DNA of 52,221 nucleotides from NCBI GenBank assembly GCA_009602725.1, contig WELB01000001.1:2119185-2171405 (forward strand). Reading direction: 5' to 3'. The translations under genes were made by a program, and so were the position numbers. The notes below the pieces were generated by a model. It did not search any database and was not told the origin of the DNA. It saw only the letters and a list, made by a program, of their open reading frames with translations. This DNA is from Spirogloea muscicola. Taxonomy: Eukaryota. Below are positions 36,587 to 52,221 of the stretch, piece after piece. Within the stretch, counting starts at the first letter, position 1, and each line of letters opens with the position of its first letter.

Positions 36587-36800
36587 GGCGGCAGGCTGGC
36601 CGCGCACCGGCACGCAAGGCGGCACGGGCGGCGGCGGCGGCGGCGGGNNNNNNNNNNNNNNNNNNNNNNNNNNNNNNNNNNNNNNNNNNNNNNNNNNNNN
36701 NNNNNNNNNNNNNNNNNNNNNNNNNNNNNNNNNNNNNNNNNNNNNNNNNNNNNNNNNNNNNNNNNNNNNNNNNNNNNNNNNNNNNNNNNNNNNNNNNNNN

Positions 36801-36891
<91 letters not shown>
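36801..36891. repeat. (CT)n microsatellite next to an N gap
   Basis: About 45 CT units after the gap at 36648-36800. Confidence 0.9.
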
Positions 36892-36894
<3 letters not shown>

Positions 36895-38193
36895 CGCTAT
36901 CTCGCTCTCTTTACCTCTCTTCTTCCTTCTTTGGGCTGACCATTCGCAGTAATCGCCCCTCTGAGAGCTTCTTCTCATCATCCCCCTCAGTCCCCCCTGG
37001 AAAGTATCTCCTTTCTGCACTCCTTCCTAGCCCAATACGTTTACCTACTGTCTCCGCCTTGTTCGCCCGTGTCCTCTTGCTCCTTCTCAGGCAACAAAGT
37101 CAAGTCTCGGATGCTCAATATATCACACGTCGATCATATGAGATGGAGCCGTGATCGGGTGGGCCGTATCATTCAGGCCATACCTCCTGCACTGAGGGCC
37201 CACCCCGCTTCCTTGGGTCTAAATCCACCTTGCGCACTGTTCCTCAGCGGCAACAGCTACGCCACGGCGCACACAAGCGCCAGGCTTGCAGCAGAGTCGC
37301 ACTGCTCGTGCCTCAACGTTGCTGCTATGGCGGATGTGTCGCGACCAATAGCTGACGCCTTGGACAAGAGCCTCCTGACAAATTGGGCCTGCCGTCGAAG
37401 TAGCTCGACAACCGCGTGCAGTTTCTCGGCGCAGCGTCTGAGCAAGCGAGTGCTGCGCGCCCCGACGGACGACCTTGGACACAGGACGCCGAGGCGACAT
37501 TGAGAATTGATAGACACTGGCACATGCAGGAGCAGTTGAGAAAGCCATCTTGCGTGGACAACGGCCGTCTGCCTGGCAATGCCATCAACTCGCAAGCGTC
37601 CCCTTATCGGCGAAGTCCCGCCTCCCGCTGCCGAAGCAGGCAGCAGGACGGCTGTTGTGCGATGGCGAAGCGGGCAACGACACACGATTACCAAAGAGGC
37701 GGAGCTGCTGCGCGGAGGGGAGGCAACGGCCGCAGGCCCGTCTAAACCCTGCGCCAGGACAGACCAGTCGGACGTGAGCACCCAGCGCTGCCGCAGCTTG
37801 GGTGGAGGCCGCCTGCGCGCCACATGCGCGAATCGAATGCGGCTGCTGACTTCGGCGCGGCTGTAAGTGCCAGCCGGGTATATACTGAGTGTGTTCATCA
37901 CTGAAGTAGCGGGCCCACAGGCTAGGCAAACAGGGCGCTCTAGTGACCCCGTGTCGGCAATAGGAAGTCAGACGAGCTGAAAGGAGGAAGAGAAGATGCC
38001 GAAATGCGCGAAGTAGGGCGGAGCTCCACGGAGCTCGCCGCGGGGCGGCGGTGGTGGCAGCGGCGAACACTGGGCCTGCAGGCGGACAACGGCGAGGGGG
38101 CCCGCTGACCTGGGACTGACGTCCAGGTTCCCCGGCGGCCACGTCCGTTCCCACTTGGGCCAGGCGCCAGGCGGTGGTCTAGTTTGTGGCAGA

Positions 38194-38535
38194 TTCTTTT
38201 TGGGCTGGCTTTGGCAGAGGATGGTTAAAATACCTTAGTACCTCTTGCAAATTGAGGTGTTCTCCTCTGCAGATGGTATGTGGAGGCTGAGGCAAGTCAC
38301 CACAGGTGAGCTCTCTTGTCCATCCTTTGGGCTGTCTATGGGCGAGCCCTTCTCTTTGGGCTGGCCTCTCGCAGGCATTGTCTTACATTTGGAAGAGCTG
38401 TTTCTCCTCGCTGTTTCTCCAGATATATTATGAGGTTGGAGCGCGAAGGGTTGCATGAAGAAACAAACTCTGTTCATTCTTTTTTGGGCTGGCTTTTCCA
38501 GCCCCTATCCTCAATGGGCGAGCACTTTCTTCTTG
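38194..38535 (+). mobile_element. Solo CRE-type 3' tails (3-4 pieces)
   Basis: ttcttttttgggctggc (38194), cttgtccatcctttgggctgtctatgggcgagc (about 38315), tttgggctggcctctcgcagg (38356), and a full D tail ctctgttcattctttttttgggctggcttttccagcccctatcctcaatgggcgagcactttct (38468-38530). Confidence 0.7.
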
Positions 38536-39627
38536 CATGGGCACGGGACGGGGTATGTGGCTCTGCACCCGTCGCCTGGCAGGAATGTAGCGTTACTGTA
38601 TAGTGATCAGCTGACATGAGCTGCCGATCACGTCAGACGGACACAGCGACCAGCTTTGCTTGGCCCGTGGCACCAGCGCTGCGGCAAAGGAACGCGAGCC
38701 GGTTCAGGCGCATGCAGCGGAGTGTGGCACCGATATACCACAGCCAACGAGCGAGCGCAATGCCTCTGCTGCTTCAGCAATTAAGCTAGCACCGGCATCA
38801 CCACCCTACTCCTGCTGAATTACATTGGCAACGACGATGTCTTCTATCAGTGGCCTTCAAGTGACGCCAGCTCTACCCTCCAGGCTCTGCTTAGTCAAGC
38901 TGGTGGCAGTTTACCTTTGCTGCCAATCCGTGCAAAGCAGGTAAGCTCCCCTCCAGCCAACATCTTCCGCTAGCGGAACATGTTGGCTCCGATCAATGAC
39001 TTTTGCTCATCAATTTCTTCATGCGGGAGGATGACCTACTTCTACTCTCGCAGCAGCTCAATCAGAGTATCAGGTACTCCTCTAGCCACTTCGGCTAACA
39101 AGTGGAATGTCGCACTGCACTTCATGTTGGGGATGTCCGCAATGACTCCTTGACTCTGGTGGCTGGCCCCTTCCCAGCACCACCTGCTTCGGACGACCAC
39201 CTGCCACTTGTTGGCTTCTGCCACAACCTCTCATACGACATACATTCAGAGTGGGGCGAGGGCTGTGAAAAGCCAGGCCGAAAACAGTGGACAAGGTCTA
39301 AAGGGGGCCGGAAACGTAATACTTGGAAATGAATTCTACAAGAAATTAGCTGCACTTCGTAATGGTCCCGAGTCGCAGTCACGTGTCCAACTGATTTTTG
39401 CGACACGTGGCACAAGCGCAGACTTCCGGAGCTCCCGTCAGCGCAGACGCCACGCCTACTCGCCCGGCGATCACGCCGCAATCCCCGCCGTTGCGGCCGC
39501 CGCTGCCGCCGTTGCCGCCTCCGCCGCCGCCGCCGCCGCCGTACTTCGCGGTCAACGCGGCCCAGTCGGGCCTCCCATGACCTAGCGGCGCTCCCGGGCT
39601 GCGCGGTTGCCCAGCTCGGCGCCTGCC

Positions 39628-42628
<3,001 letters not shown>

Positions 42629-43687
42629 AGCTGAAAGGGCACTTTTGCAAGTCACAGGGATGACAGAATTAGGATGGCGCAAAAGCATCCTGTAACTATT
42701 GCAGAGCTGACGCACATTAGCTGGCTATGAGACACAGAAGGAGACAATAGCGCATTGTTGCATGGAGGTGCTCTTGGGTCAAGCAGTATTGCCAAGAAAG
42801 GTAGACAGATCGTCCAAGATTGTGCATAAAATTTGTAGAAGGACACTACAAGTATTCCAGCCCTATATGTTTTCAAAGCAGCTGAAAAGAACATATGTTA
42901 AATCATACACATTACACATTCTTTGGAGTTGTAAATAGCATAGAGACAATCAAATCTTTTACTTACCTGCATAGAGGCCTACAATGTCTGCACCATGCTG
43001 TGTTCCCAATCTTTAAATATTATGAAGTACAATGCTTTTCATTATCTTCCAAAGTCAAAGCAGTAGATTATCAAGGTCGTTGACATCATCATGAGATCAC
43101 TGTCAGTACTGATTTGAGCTACTATATTTTGGTGTTTGCTTAGGAAGGCGAAGTTTGTAACTTGGCTAAACAGCTAAACTCAATCTTGCGAAGTGTGTTT
43201 CTACTGAAGAAGTCAAATCTCCGTTGTGTTGCAATGGGGATGGTTCTACTTGATTAGACGGTTATCCCGTGTACTGCAAAAGTCAGATGATATTACGAAC
43301 GTTGAAGAGCAGTAGAGTTTGTGCATTTTTGTCAGTGTTTCTGAAAAGTCTGTACTATATCTGAATTATGAATTGCACCTAGAGATTGGATTGTACTTAT
43401 GTACCGGAGAACGACGAGGAACTGTCTTCCTCGCAAGAAATCAAGAGGATGAGAAGGGGACATGGTCAGAACATCAGTATTTGTGATGATTATCAAGTCT
43501 TACAATGTACATGACAGTCAAACTGTCCTTCTCGACTTCGACTACTTGAGGCCAAGGACTGGACACATGAACATAAAGTCGAATGCTGTGCCAGGAACCA
43601 TCTCCTTGGAAAGGCCACTTTCCATGGAGAAACCTAAGCGTACCCATGGCCATGACACCTATCCAGGGAATTACACTACTTTGTACA

Positions 43688-46600
43688 CTAATCGACCATC
43701 TCATCTTCCAGGTCTACCCCCGTGCTGAAGTCATCTTCAAGCTTTGCCTTCTTCAGTGCCTTCTCTGCCGCCTCCTTGGTGGGAGAGATCAAGTCTGGAC
43801 TCTTGCCACCATGCAGGCCGCCGTTTTCCACCACCCTGAATGATAGCTCGTGATTATGGCCTATGTCGATGTTCACTGTGGAGTTCTCATCAATGAGACC
43901 CTGCACCAGCAGCTTGGACAGCTGCGTCACCACCTTCTTCTCCAACCACCGTCGGAGTGGCCGAGCACCATACACCTGGAATCAGATTAAGCTTAGGTCA
44001 GTTACAGCCTACGAGGTACACCCATTACGTCCTGGATATCAGCATAGATCTTGTCTTCACATAGTGACTTAACACAGCGAGTTGGGCTTGCACTTACTGG
44101 ATCATATGCCTCCTCCAAGACCAAGTCGAGAGCCGCATCCGTCACAACCAAGGCAACGCCGTGCTCAACCAGCCGGTTGGCAACTTCCTTCATCTGCATA
44201 CGTGCAACTTGACGGAGCTGGTACCGCAACAGAGGCTGGAAGATGACGAGCTCATCCAGCCTGTTCAACAGCTCAGGTCTGAAGTGTCGTCGCACCTGCC
44301 AGAAGTTGACCAACAGATGTGTTAGTAGAAATACTAGCCACAACCGACTTGAACAAGGCTGTGTCAAGCTATGTCAAGCTACGAGGGAGTCGCACGTCTT
44401 ACTGTAGTATTACAAGCACTGTACAACTCAGTCTTCCATGCACAGTCACCTACCTCCTGCATGACCTTCTGCTTTGCCACGTCCATGCTGACTTTGCCTT
44501 CGAGAGCGCCCAGTAGGTACTCAGCACCTAAGTTGGAGGTCAAGATAACCACAGTATTGGAGAAGTCTACCGTCCGGCCAAGACCATCTGTGAGGCGGCC
44601 ATCATCAAGGACTTGTAGCAGGATGTTCCAGATTGCCTGATGTGCTTTCTCCACTTCATCAAGCAGGATGACACTGTAGGGCCGTCTCCTCACAGCTTCA
44701 GTAAGCTGTCCTCCTTCTTCATGTCCAACATACCTGCACACAGACGACAAGGAGTCAGCATTTCACTTGCAATGCCACAGAAAGCAGTCAACACTAAATT
44801 ATTCAAAACCTGGCAGTACAGGCCCTTGATTGTATCCACAGTTGCCAGTAATTACCCAGGTGGAGCTCCAATCAACCGAGCGACTGAATGTTGCTCCATG
44901 TACTCTGTCATATCTATTCTGACAAGTTGGTTCTGGTCGTCGAATAATTGCTCTGCCAGTGCCTTGGCGAGCTCCGTTTTGCCAACTCCTGTAGGACCCA
45001 GGAACAGGAAGGAGCCAACTGGTTGACCAGGCCGACCTAAGCCAGCCCGAGAACGCAAGACTGCCTCAGATACCGCCTACACCACAGGAGTCACCGACCA
45101 TCAGTAGAAGTAAGATCTGAAGAAGTGTTGACTTAGCAATCGGATCTGGAAAAGTCCACAAACACTACCCAGCCAAAACATCATGCACGACTAATGCTGT
45201 ATCGTGCCAGCTCTTGGTAACATCACAAGCTATCTACAAAGGTTCAAAGCAAGCAGAGGCTGATCGTCTTGGAACTTGTTCCTCACCTCCACTGCTTCAT
45301 TCTGGCCCACGACTCGCTGATGCAGTTGCTCAGCTAGAGCAAGCAGACGCTCCTTCTCATCTTGACCCAACCTTGTGACTGGAATGCCTGTCCACTTGCT
45401 GACGACCTGTATCACAAAGAGATATTTGACAGATATTAGCTCAAAAGTATACTCGCTGCTGATCTACACTGGACTCGAAGGTGCATCCAGGGGTTTTGAG
45501 AGTGTCTATATATTAGAATGAAATATGATCCTCAGCCTAGGATATATTGTTGCTTCTGTTGGTCAGGTAGTGGCTAACCTCAGCAATGTGCTCTGGTTTC
45601 ACCACTTCAGTCAGCATAACATCTTCATTAGTAGCCCTTTCCATCCTTTTTATGGCCTCCTCGATCTCAAGGAGTGCTCCATACTTGATATCAGCAACAC
45701 GAGCCAGATCCATCCTCCTCTCTGATTCTTGCAAAGATATCAGGAGCTCTTCTCGTCTCTGCTTCAGGCGCCTGAGCTCGTCAATGCGTTGCTTCTCATT
45801 TTGATACTTGGCCTGAAGAGGCTGCAGCTGCTCCTTCAAGTCAACAAGCTCCAGGTGCACCTGAGAACCACATCACAATGCACAATAAACTGTTATTGTC
45901 TGAAAATGGACTAACTGGACTATTATATAAAGTAGGTGAATGTGTACGTGGCAGATGTGGTGCATACTCAAAGCAGAGCAACAGGCTCTTCAAGTGCGCA
46001 ATCGACACTGCAGATTAATGCTGGAAGGTTTTGTCAATACTAATTCAGACATGCCACATCTTCATAACAGCATACTGTCACAGTACCTCTTTCAAGCGAG
46101 CTTGACTGGCCTTATCTTTCTCCTTCTCTAGAGCATGCAGCTCAACTTCCAGCTGAATACGTCGACGCTCCAAGTTATCTATTTCTTCTGGTTGGCTGTC
46201 TAGCTGCACTCGCACGTTGGCACATGCCTCGTCCACAAGGTCAATGGCCTTGTCTGGTAAATGCCGACCTGCAACAAATGTTCCCAAAATTTCACTTGAC
46301 ATTGTAAGCATAATGAGAATGGACAGGCATGTCTGTATCGTGATATGCACAGTTGTTACTGCTGGACACAATGATGTCAAAGAGCTTGGCTAATACATGA
46401 TCTCCTCAGCTTACCTGTGATGTATCTGGCTGATAGCTGCGCTGCAATGACAAGAGCCCTGTCCATGATAAGGACACCATGATGTCCTTCATACTTTTCC
46501 TTCAGACCACGGAGTATTGTGATTGCGTCGTAGACACTAGGCTCTTTGACATACACTTGCTGGAAGCGTCTCTCAAAGGCGGCATCTTTTTCCACGTGCT

Positions 46601-48555
46601 TGCGGTATTCATCCAGTGTTGTGGCGCCGATGCAGCGCAACTGCCCCCTTGCAAGCATTGGTTTTAACAGATTTGCAGCATCCATGGATCCCTCTGCTTT
46701 CCCTGCAATAAAGCAGGAGGTGGAAAACTCTTGTCAGCCAGCCAGCACTTGCTCTGCAACAATATGTGCACATTGCATGTACTTAATTATGTGGACTGAA
46801 GTACTTCATCGGCTTATGCACCTTGTGATCGTGTCCAATAGCCGAGCATAATCAGCAATTGTCAAGCATCCAAAAGATTCACGAGTGCCCCAACAATGTG
46901 TGCTCAGAGGGCATATTCCTGCAAGTCAATTGCACCTTTCTGTTCCAGGTATGTCTCTCCAACAAAATACCTGAATCCTAACGCAGAGAGCTGGGAGCAC
47001 TTACCAGCTCCAAGCACCAAGTGGATCTCATCAATGAAGAGAATCACTTGTCCCTTGGCTTCTTCAACCTCCTTAAGGACAGCCTTCAGCCTTTCTTCAA
47101 ACTCTCCACGATACTTGGCTCCAGCAACCAAAGCTCCCACATCAAGCGCAATCACCCGTACATCGCTGAGATTGCTGTGCATGATACAAGTATCAGGCAG
47201 TGTTGGCCAACTATGAAGGGTCTCCCTACAGGCGAGCTGTACAATCTCCAAAGCAACTGTTACACAGCTGCTAGCATGCAATTATCCAATTACGTATCAC
47301 CGATTGCAAGTAATGTCTGCAATACTCCAGAATTGAATCTATATACAGCTCCTTTGCATGCAGAACAAATTCTCCTCAACTCCTCACCTTGGCACGTCAC
47401 CTCGAACAATCCGCTGAGCTAAGCCCTCAACCACAGCGGTTTTGCCGACGCCAGGCTCGCCGATCAGCACTGGATTGTTCTTTGTCCTCCGTGACAAGAT
47501 TCTTATTACTCTTCTTATTTCCTCATCTCGTCCAATGACTGGATCCAGCTTGGCAGCTTCTGCGACAAGGTCTCTTCCATACTTCAACAATGCCTTGATC
47601 AAGCAAGAAGATGCAGTCAGCACTTCAGAAGTGTCACCTCTTGTAACAGATTAATTATTGAATCAACAGAGAGGAACGAAAACACGCTTTCAATGCCTAT
47701 CTAAGGAATGCCTAGCTTTCATCTCCCAATGAACGACTAGCTATATTTGCAAATTATAGTTATATTTGCAATTATACATCAAACCATTTCGTCATTAGCT
47801 GTTTCAGTCATACTTTACCAAGCTATGCCATTTGACCAGTTGACCGCAGGCTTCTTGAAGGAGAAACTTACCTCAAAATTTGTATCGCCTGTAGCACTCT
47901 GCACTTTGCCTTCCTTTCCACGGACCATCTCAATGGCCTGCTTAACTCTAGCTGGACTCAATCTGGCATCTTTCACTGCCGCTTCCACCTGCGAGTCTTC
48001 CAAGATGGCAGAAAGCAGCAGGTCTACTGCAAGGTGGGAGTCTCCCCTCTTCTTCTGTTGGCCCTGGGCATGCCTTATAGCCTTCAGGAGGGCGCTGCTA
48101 GCTGCCGAGTACATGGACACAAGGAAGCTCGTACAAAGTCAGAGGAGCTTAACATTGCATGCGGGTGACAGGGACCACTAGCAAAGGCTCTGTCACGAGG
48201 TGAACAGACTGTCAGCTGGACCCTCTCCTTCTGACTTGTCCCGACCCCCTTCAGGATACAATGCTTGTAAGTGAGATACTTTGGCTATATTGCACTGACC
48301 TGTGACTTGGTCGGGCGGTGGGTCCTGTGACGGGACCTTCTGGAGCTTCTGTTGGAGCGCTGATTCCAGGCTTGGCAGAGCCTCAGGCCCTCCTCCGGCC
48401 GCCGCCACCTTCTGGCGGAAGATGCCATCCTGGTCGTCGAGCAAGACCTTGGCGATGTGCAGCGGCGTGATCTGGGCGTGGCCGGACTGCTCCGCAAGGC
48501 CGTGCGCGGCCTGCAGCGCCTCGTTGGTCTTGTTGGTGAAGCTGTCGGGATTCAT
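43688..48555 (-). CDS. HSP101: Cytosolic heat shock protein 101 (ClpB-type AAA+ disaggregase)
   Basis: [14 protein letters not shown] start with no transit peptide; [43 protein letters not shown]; middle domain; [25 protein letters not shown]; ends DEMVD*. Confidence 0.97.
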
Positions 48556-48936
48556 ATGCATGGACCGCAGCAAGCCTGGGGGTTCGAAAGACGCTCTTGC
48601 GGATGGCAAAGCCAGCTTAAGAGTGTGCCAGGGAGAGCAGGCGCGGAGAAGGGAGAGCTGGCGCGGCGGCGGCGCGGGTGGGGGCAGTCGGGAGCTTGTG
48701 AATGTGAATCTGAGCTGGCAGACGGCTGCTCCGGCTGCCTATATGGCAGTAAGCCCAGGTGGCTGCCACCGGGGCCAGGTCTGGCGGCGCGGCCGGATTG
48801 GCGGCGCCGAAGTCCCCCGCAAATCTCTGCCAAGCGCCTGTGGCGCCTCCAGATCTGGCGGGCCGCCTCCAAAGTAGCTGGAGTTGGCAAAAGCAAGCCC
48901 CCCCCCCGCTCCCCCGGGTCGAGTCGACCCGCGGCG

Positions 48937-48971
48937 CCTCTGGAACAGTCGCGAGCTCCCTCGAATTGTCG
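48937..48971. promoter_or_regulatory. Putative degenerate heat-shock element upstream of HSP101
   Basis: 5-bp-phased alternating triplets CTC-GAA-GTC-GAG-CCC-GAA-GTC (consensus nTTCnnGAAn). A CCAAT on the minus strand at 48797-48801 and a TATA-like element at about 48740 lie between it and the ATG. Confidence 0.45.
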
Positions 48972-49089
48972 CTTACCCGGTGATACTTCATCCGTCATTC
49001 ATACTTCATCTGGGCTTGCCACACACAGCCATGGCCTCTCTTACTGGTAATACTGGAAGAATATCAGAGAATATCTCTCTTTTGAAAGT

Positions 49090-49915
49090 TAAGGCCGGTG
49101 GCCTGTTCCGACCTTGGGGAGGCGGGCTAGTCGGCCAAGCGGCGGGCGAGAAGGAACGGAAGTACTCGGACCACCCGGTGGGCGACGAGTTCGTTCCACT
49201 GGCAGTGGACGTGCACGGAGCCTTTGGCTCGAAATGGCTTGACTTGCTCCACCGCCTGGCGCGGCGTGCAGCGGCCCGCCGCCTCGGGCAGCAGGGCGAG
49301 CAGCCCGGCTTCAACGTCGCCGGGTCCCTCGCTCAAGTCTTCGGGCGCTGCACCTTCGTGCCGGCAGAGCCCTCGCTGCTGCCTCTGGCTCTGGCCAGGG
49401 GACCCACTTCCAGGAGCCCAGCATCTCTGATCTGCGGCTGCTTAGCAGGGATTACTGAGTGTCTCGTAGCAGCTTTGTTTCTGTTACTTAGCGCTTCTTT
49501 TCTTTTCTTCCCCTGGCCCCCTTCTCGTACTCTGTTCATTCTTTTTCGGGCTGGTTGTTCCAGCCCCTATTCTCAATGGGCGAGCACTTTCTTTCGTATG
49601 CGTTTGGCCGTCTCGATGCAGCGGTCCCTTGCCTTCGCGGTTCACTTGCGCGCAGGCCGAGCTTTGGCGGCGGCCTCCGGCTTCCATCAGGGCGACGTCT
49701 TTCCGCCAGCTAGCTACTCAGACTTGCATCTCCTGACTAGAGGTTACTGAGCGTTCCCTGGCTGATGTCTTAGTCCTAGTCGTTCGCACTCAGGCTCCCT
49801 CAGACCTTGTCCATTCCTTTGGGCTGGCATTTCCCAGCCACCAGTCAATCTGGCCGCGCTTCTTCTTTGGGCTGGTCTCTCACAGACACCAGTCAATCTG
49901 GCCGCGCTTTCTTCT
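49090..49915 (+). mobile_element. Family A CRE-like fragment (RLE C-terminal half plus tail) with a nested family D 3' end (49342-49592)
   Basis: AAGEKERKYSDHPVGDEFVPLAVDVHGAFG...AQVF[insert]RMRLAVSMQRSLA...DLHLLTRGY* (49750), followed by two tandem tails. Confidence 0.88.
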
Positions 49916-50084
49916 AATTTACGAGAAGGCGTGAAATAAAAGTGAGGCCAATTTCACGACAAGTCATAGTTTAGGCAGAATCTAGTGCAGGATGAATCTA
50001 GTGCAAAAATTAGTGCAAGAGAGAATGGCCAAACACACTGTCCTTGCAAAAGTGGATAGGCTGTTTCGTTTCAACGGGCAAAGG

Positions 50085-50725
50085 AAAGGAAAGTGGCTCA
50101 TCAACGGGGGCGAGGGCTGTAAAAAGCCAGCCCAAACAGAGCTATTTCTAGAATTGAACGGGCAAGGTGTGAAGGCGCCGAAAGGGAGGGCAAAACGGGG
50201 CTACACCAAGCGAACCTCCAGCATGTTAAGGACGTGGCTCTCCCGAAGGGGGCAAGGGCTATGAACAGCCAGCCCGAAAAGGATCGACAAGGTCCAAATG
50301 GGCCAAGAGGCGCTTAAGGTAGGAGACTTGGATAATGTTGCTTGGCGAATGCACGGCTGGAGGGGGGCTTAGCACCCACGAGGGAGCAGCATAATCAGAA
50401 GACGCTCGTCTAGGGAAGAGCTCGTCTAGGGGGGATTGAACAGGTATAAATTCGACAGGCTAACCTGGGGGCCAGAGCACTGCCACAGAAGCCGGTTGCC
50501 TTGCACTTCTCCTTGCTCAAGGTGCGCACAGCTCGATGGAGTGCAAGGGCCTGCGAGGGCTGCAGGCTTTGCAGCGAAAGCTGCAAGCCTTTACACGAAA
50601 GATGAGCTTGCAATCTGCTGGTACGCCGCAAGCTGCCTTCAGACAATGCGTGGGGGTCCGTGCTTCGACCTCCTCGAGCGGCTTTCACAACGAGCAGTGA
50701 TTCAACGGCACCGTCAGTGACCACT
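50085..50725 (-). mobile_element. Degenerate CRE-like fragments and tails
   Basis: Tails at about 50088-50142 and 50232-50293 (reverse complement ttgtcgatccttttcgggctggctgttcatagcccttgcc). C-terminal relics SQALALHR and MLLPRGC*. Confidence 0.55.
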
Positions 50726-50854
50726 GGTTATTGAGTGGCCATTTATGATGGCCACTTGTATGAAGTGACGTGCGCTCGTGTAGGGCTTCCCCTTCCTAAT
50801 TCCCTTTTCCTAATGTCGGGGGCTCGTATGACAATCGTGCATCGTGCGACAGCC

Positions 50855-51665
50855 CAAGAAGAAAGATGAGCTCGCCCATAGAAGAGAGGGGCTGGCAGTA
50901 GCCAGCCAAAAAAGAATGGACAAAATCCAAAAGAAGGGAAACACACTAGCTAGGCATCGAGACAACTAGACATGACGGAACCACACGAAGTTCAAAACCC
51001 GCGGGTGAGCAACATCAGGTCAGAGTAGCTCGAAGCTGGAAAAGATGCAGCCGGACGAGACCCGGAAGCAGCAACAAGAGCACGGCCCGCGCGCGAGTGG
51101 ACGGCATGGGCGAGGGAGCGTTGAAGGGACACGGAGAGCCGCATCCGGAAGACCTGGGCCAGGGAGCCGGCCGCGTTGAAGCCGGGCAGCCCCACTGGCG
51201 GACCCGGCCGCCGCTCCATGGCCTGCCGGGCAAGCCGCTGGAGGAGATCCAGCCAGCCGCTGCCATAAGCCCCGTGGACGTCTATGGCAAGGGCCGCGAA
51301 CCCATCACCTGGGGGGTGATCGGCATACTTCCGCTCCTTGCCCCGGGCCGCCAAAGCGACCGCATGCCCAGCGGTCGTCGCCGACTTGGAGGGGTTGGCG
51401 GAGTCGACACAGTCGGCGGTAACCACATCCGCGATGATACGCGGACCGCCGCCGGGCGGGATGGCGACTAGGTCTGCGCGTCGAGTGTGGAGATGACCAT
51501 CAGCGCCGCGCACGAGGGGCATTATCGAGGTGTGCTCCACGGCCACCTTGTAGCCTGCCTCGATGAAGACACCCTGCATGCCGTCCCTAAGAAGGTCATG
51601 GGATCCGGTCCTCTCGCCGCCGTGGGCACAACGGAGCATGTGGGCCGCCAGCTCCGCAGAAGAGG
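50855..51665 (-). mobile_element. CRE-like non-LTR retrotransposon 3' portion, family B (zinc knuckle plus intact RLE frame)
   Basis: HMLRCAHGGERTGSHDLLRD...RRADLV...IADVV...KERKY...AIDVHGAYG...RLSVSLQRSLA...YSDLMLLTRGF* (50992). Tail ttgtccattcttttttggctggctactgccagcccctctcttctatgggcgagc. Confidence 0.9.
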
Positions 51666-51877
51666 AGCACAGGAACGAGAAGCAGTAGAAAGACCTCCCC
51701 CCGAGAGACCGCTTCATCGTCCCGCAAGCCTTATCATGGTGCTAAAAACAAAACGAAGAAGTGGCTCTCCCAAACGGGGCAAGGGCTAAAAGGTTGCGGC
51801 TCTCGCTGAGCCGGCACTGCTTGCAGGCTCTTGGGCTGGCCTCGTACAGCCATCGCCTTCCGTTGGAAGAGGAGAGA

Positions 51878-52221
51878 TCGTGTATTAGAAAGAAATGTAG
51901 GCCAAATGGCCAGGTACAAAGGCAAGCACATCTAAAAATCTACAGAACCTACAGCAGATTGACCCGCTCAATAACCACGGGTCAAAACATAAAGGTCACT
52001 ACTCGATGCATGAATACTAGATGCCAGGAACGGAGCCCTTCTGCCACCTACTAGAGCTCGCCCAGCTTTCTGGTGCAAGGCACTAGCCTGAGCACGCTGC
52101 AAACAGGCCGAAACTCGACGTCGCAAGAGCGACATATATGCAGCTGGCAAGCCCATCTCAGCCGGAAACACATCTGCGCGTCGAGTGTAGCCTAGATTGG
52201 CAATGTTTTGAAGCAGCTTGT
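51878..52221 (-). mobile_element. CRE-like family C 3' end (runs off the window)
   Basis: RRRVSACLQRAQASALHQKAGRAL...SSDLYVLTRGY* (51968). The 3' UTR matches 13285-13379. Confidence 0.82.

Noticed and set aside
36295..37154. Long ORFs with LSLS/ERER tracts, and ORFs spanning 29741-31629
   Set aside because: Artefacts of N gaps, the (CT)n microsatellite and poly-T.
37069..38154. Overlapping ORFs between the transporter and the CCD gene
   Set aside because: GC-rich open frames on both strands with no identifiable motif.
48884..49750. 288-aa ORF as an intact gene
   Set aside because: It is a chance in-frame chimera of promoter DNA, a family A fragment and a nested family D 3' end.

Overview
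GC-rich, intron-rich eukaryotic nuclear DNA, most likely from a streptophyte (charophyte-type) green alga. This is inferred from the plant-type CDKE SPTAIRE motif, AUG6, cytosolic HSP101 and a CTL-type RING-H2 ligase. Spliced genes read by eye: a conserved green-lineage protein of unknown function (-), two tandem membrane-anchored MycE/ElmMI-like O-methyltransferases (-), AUG6/HAUS6 (-), TRM11 (-), CDKE1/CDK8 (+), a CTL/YEELL RING-H2 E3 ligase (-), a divergent and apparently frameshifted SLC4/BOR transporter (-), a carotenoid cleavage oxygenase (+) and HSP101 (-). Intergenic spaces hold many 5'-truncated, stacked and nested fragments of several families of CRE-like non-LTR retrotransposons with a restriction-like endonuclease. 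These share a C-terminal ...DLxLL(T/S)RG(Y/F)* peptide, and most share a GGCTGG...CAGCC 3' stem-loop. A possible protein-primed PolB relic lies at about 15.4-15.7 kb. N gaps, adjacent poly-T runs and a fold-back palindrome are probably assembly artefacts. All family assignments come from recalled motifs, not database searches.
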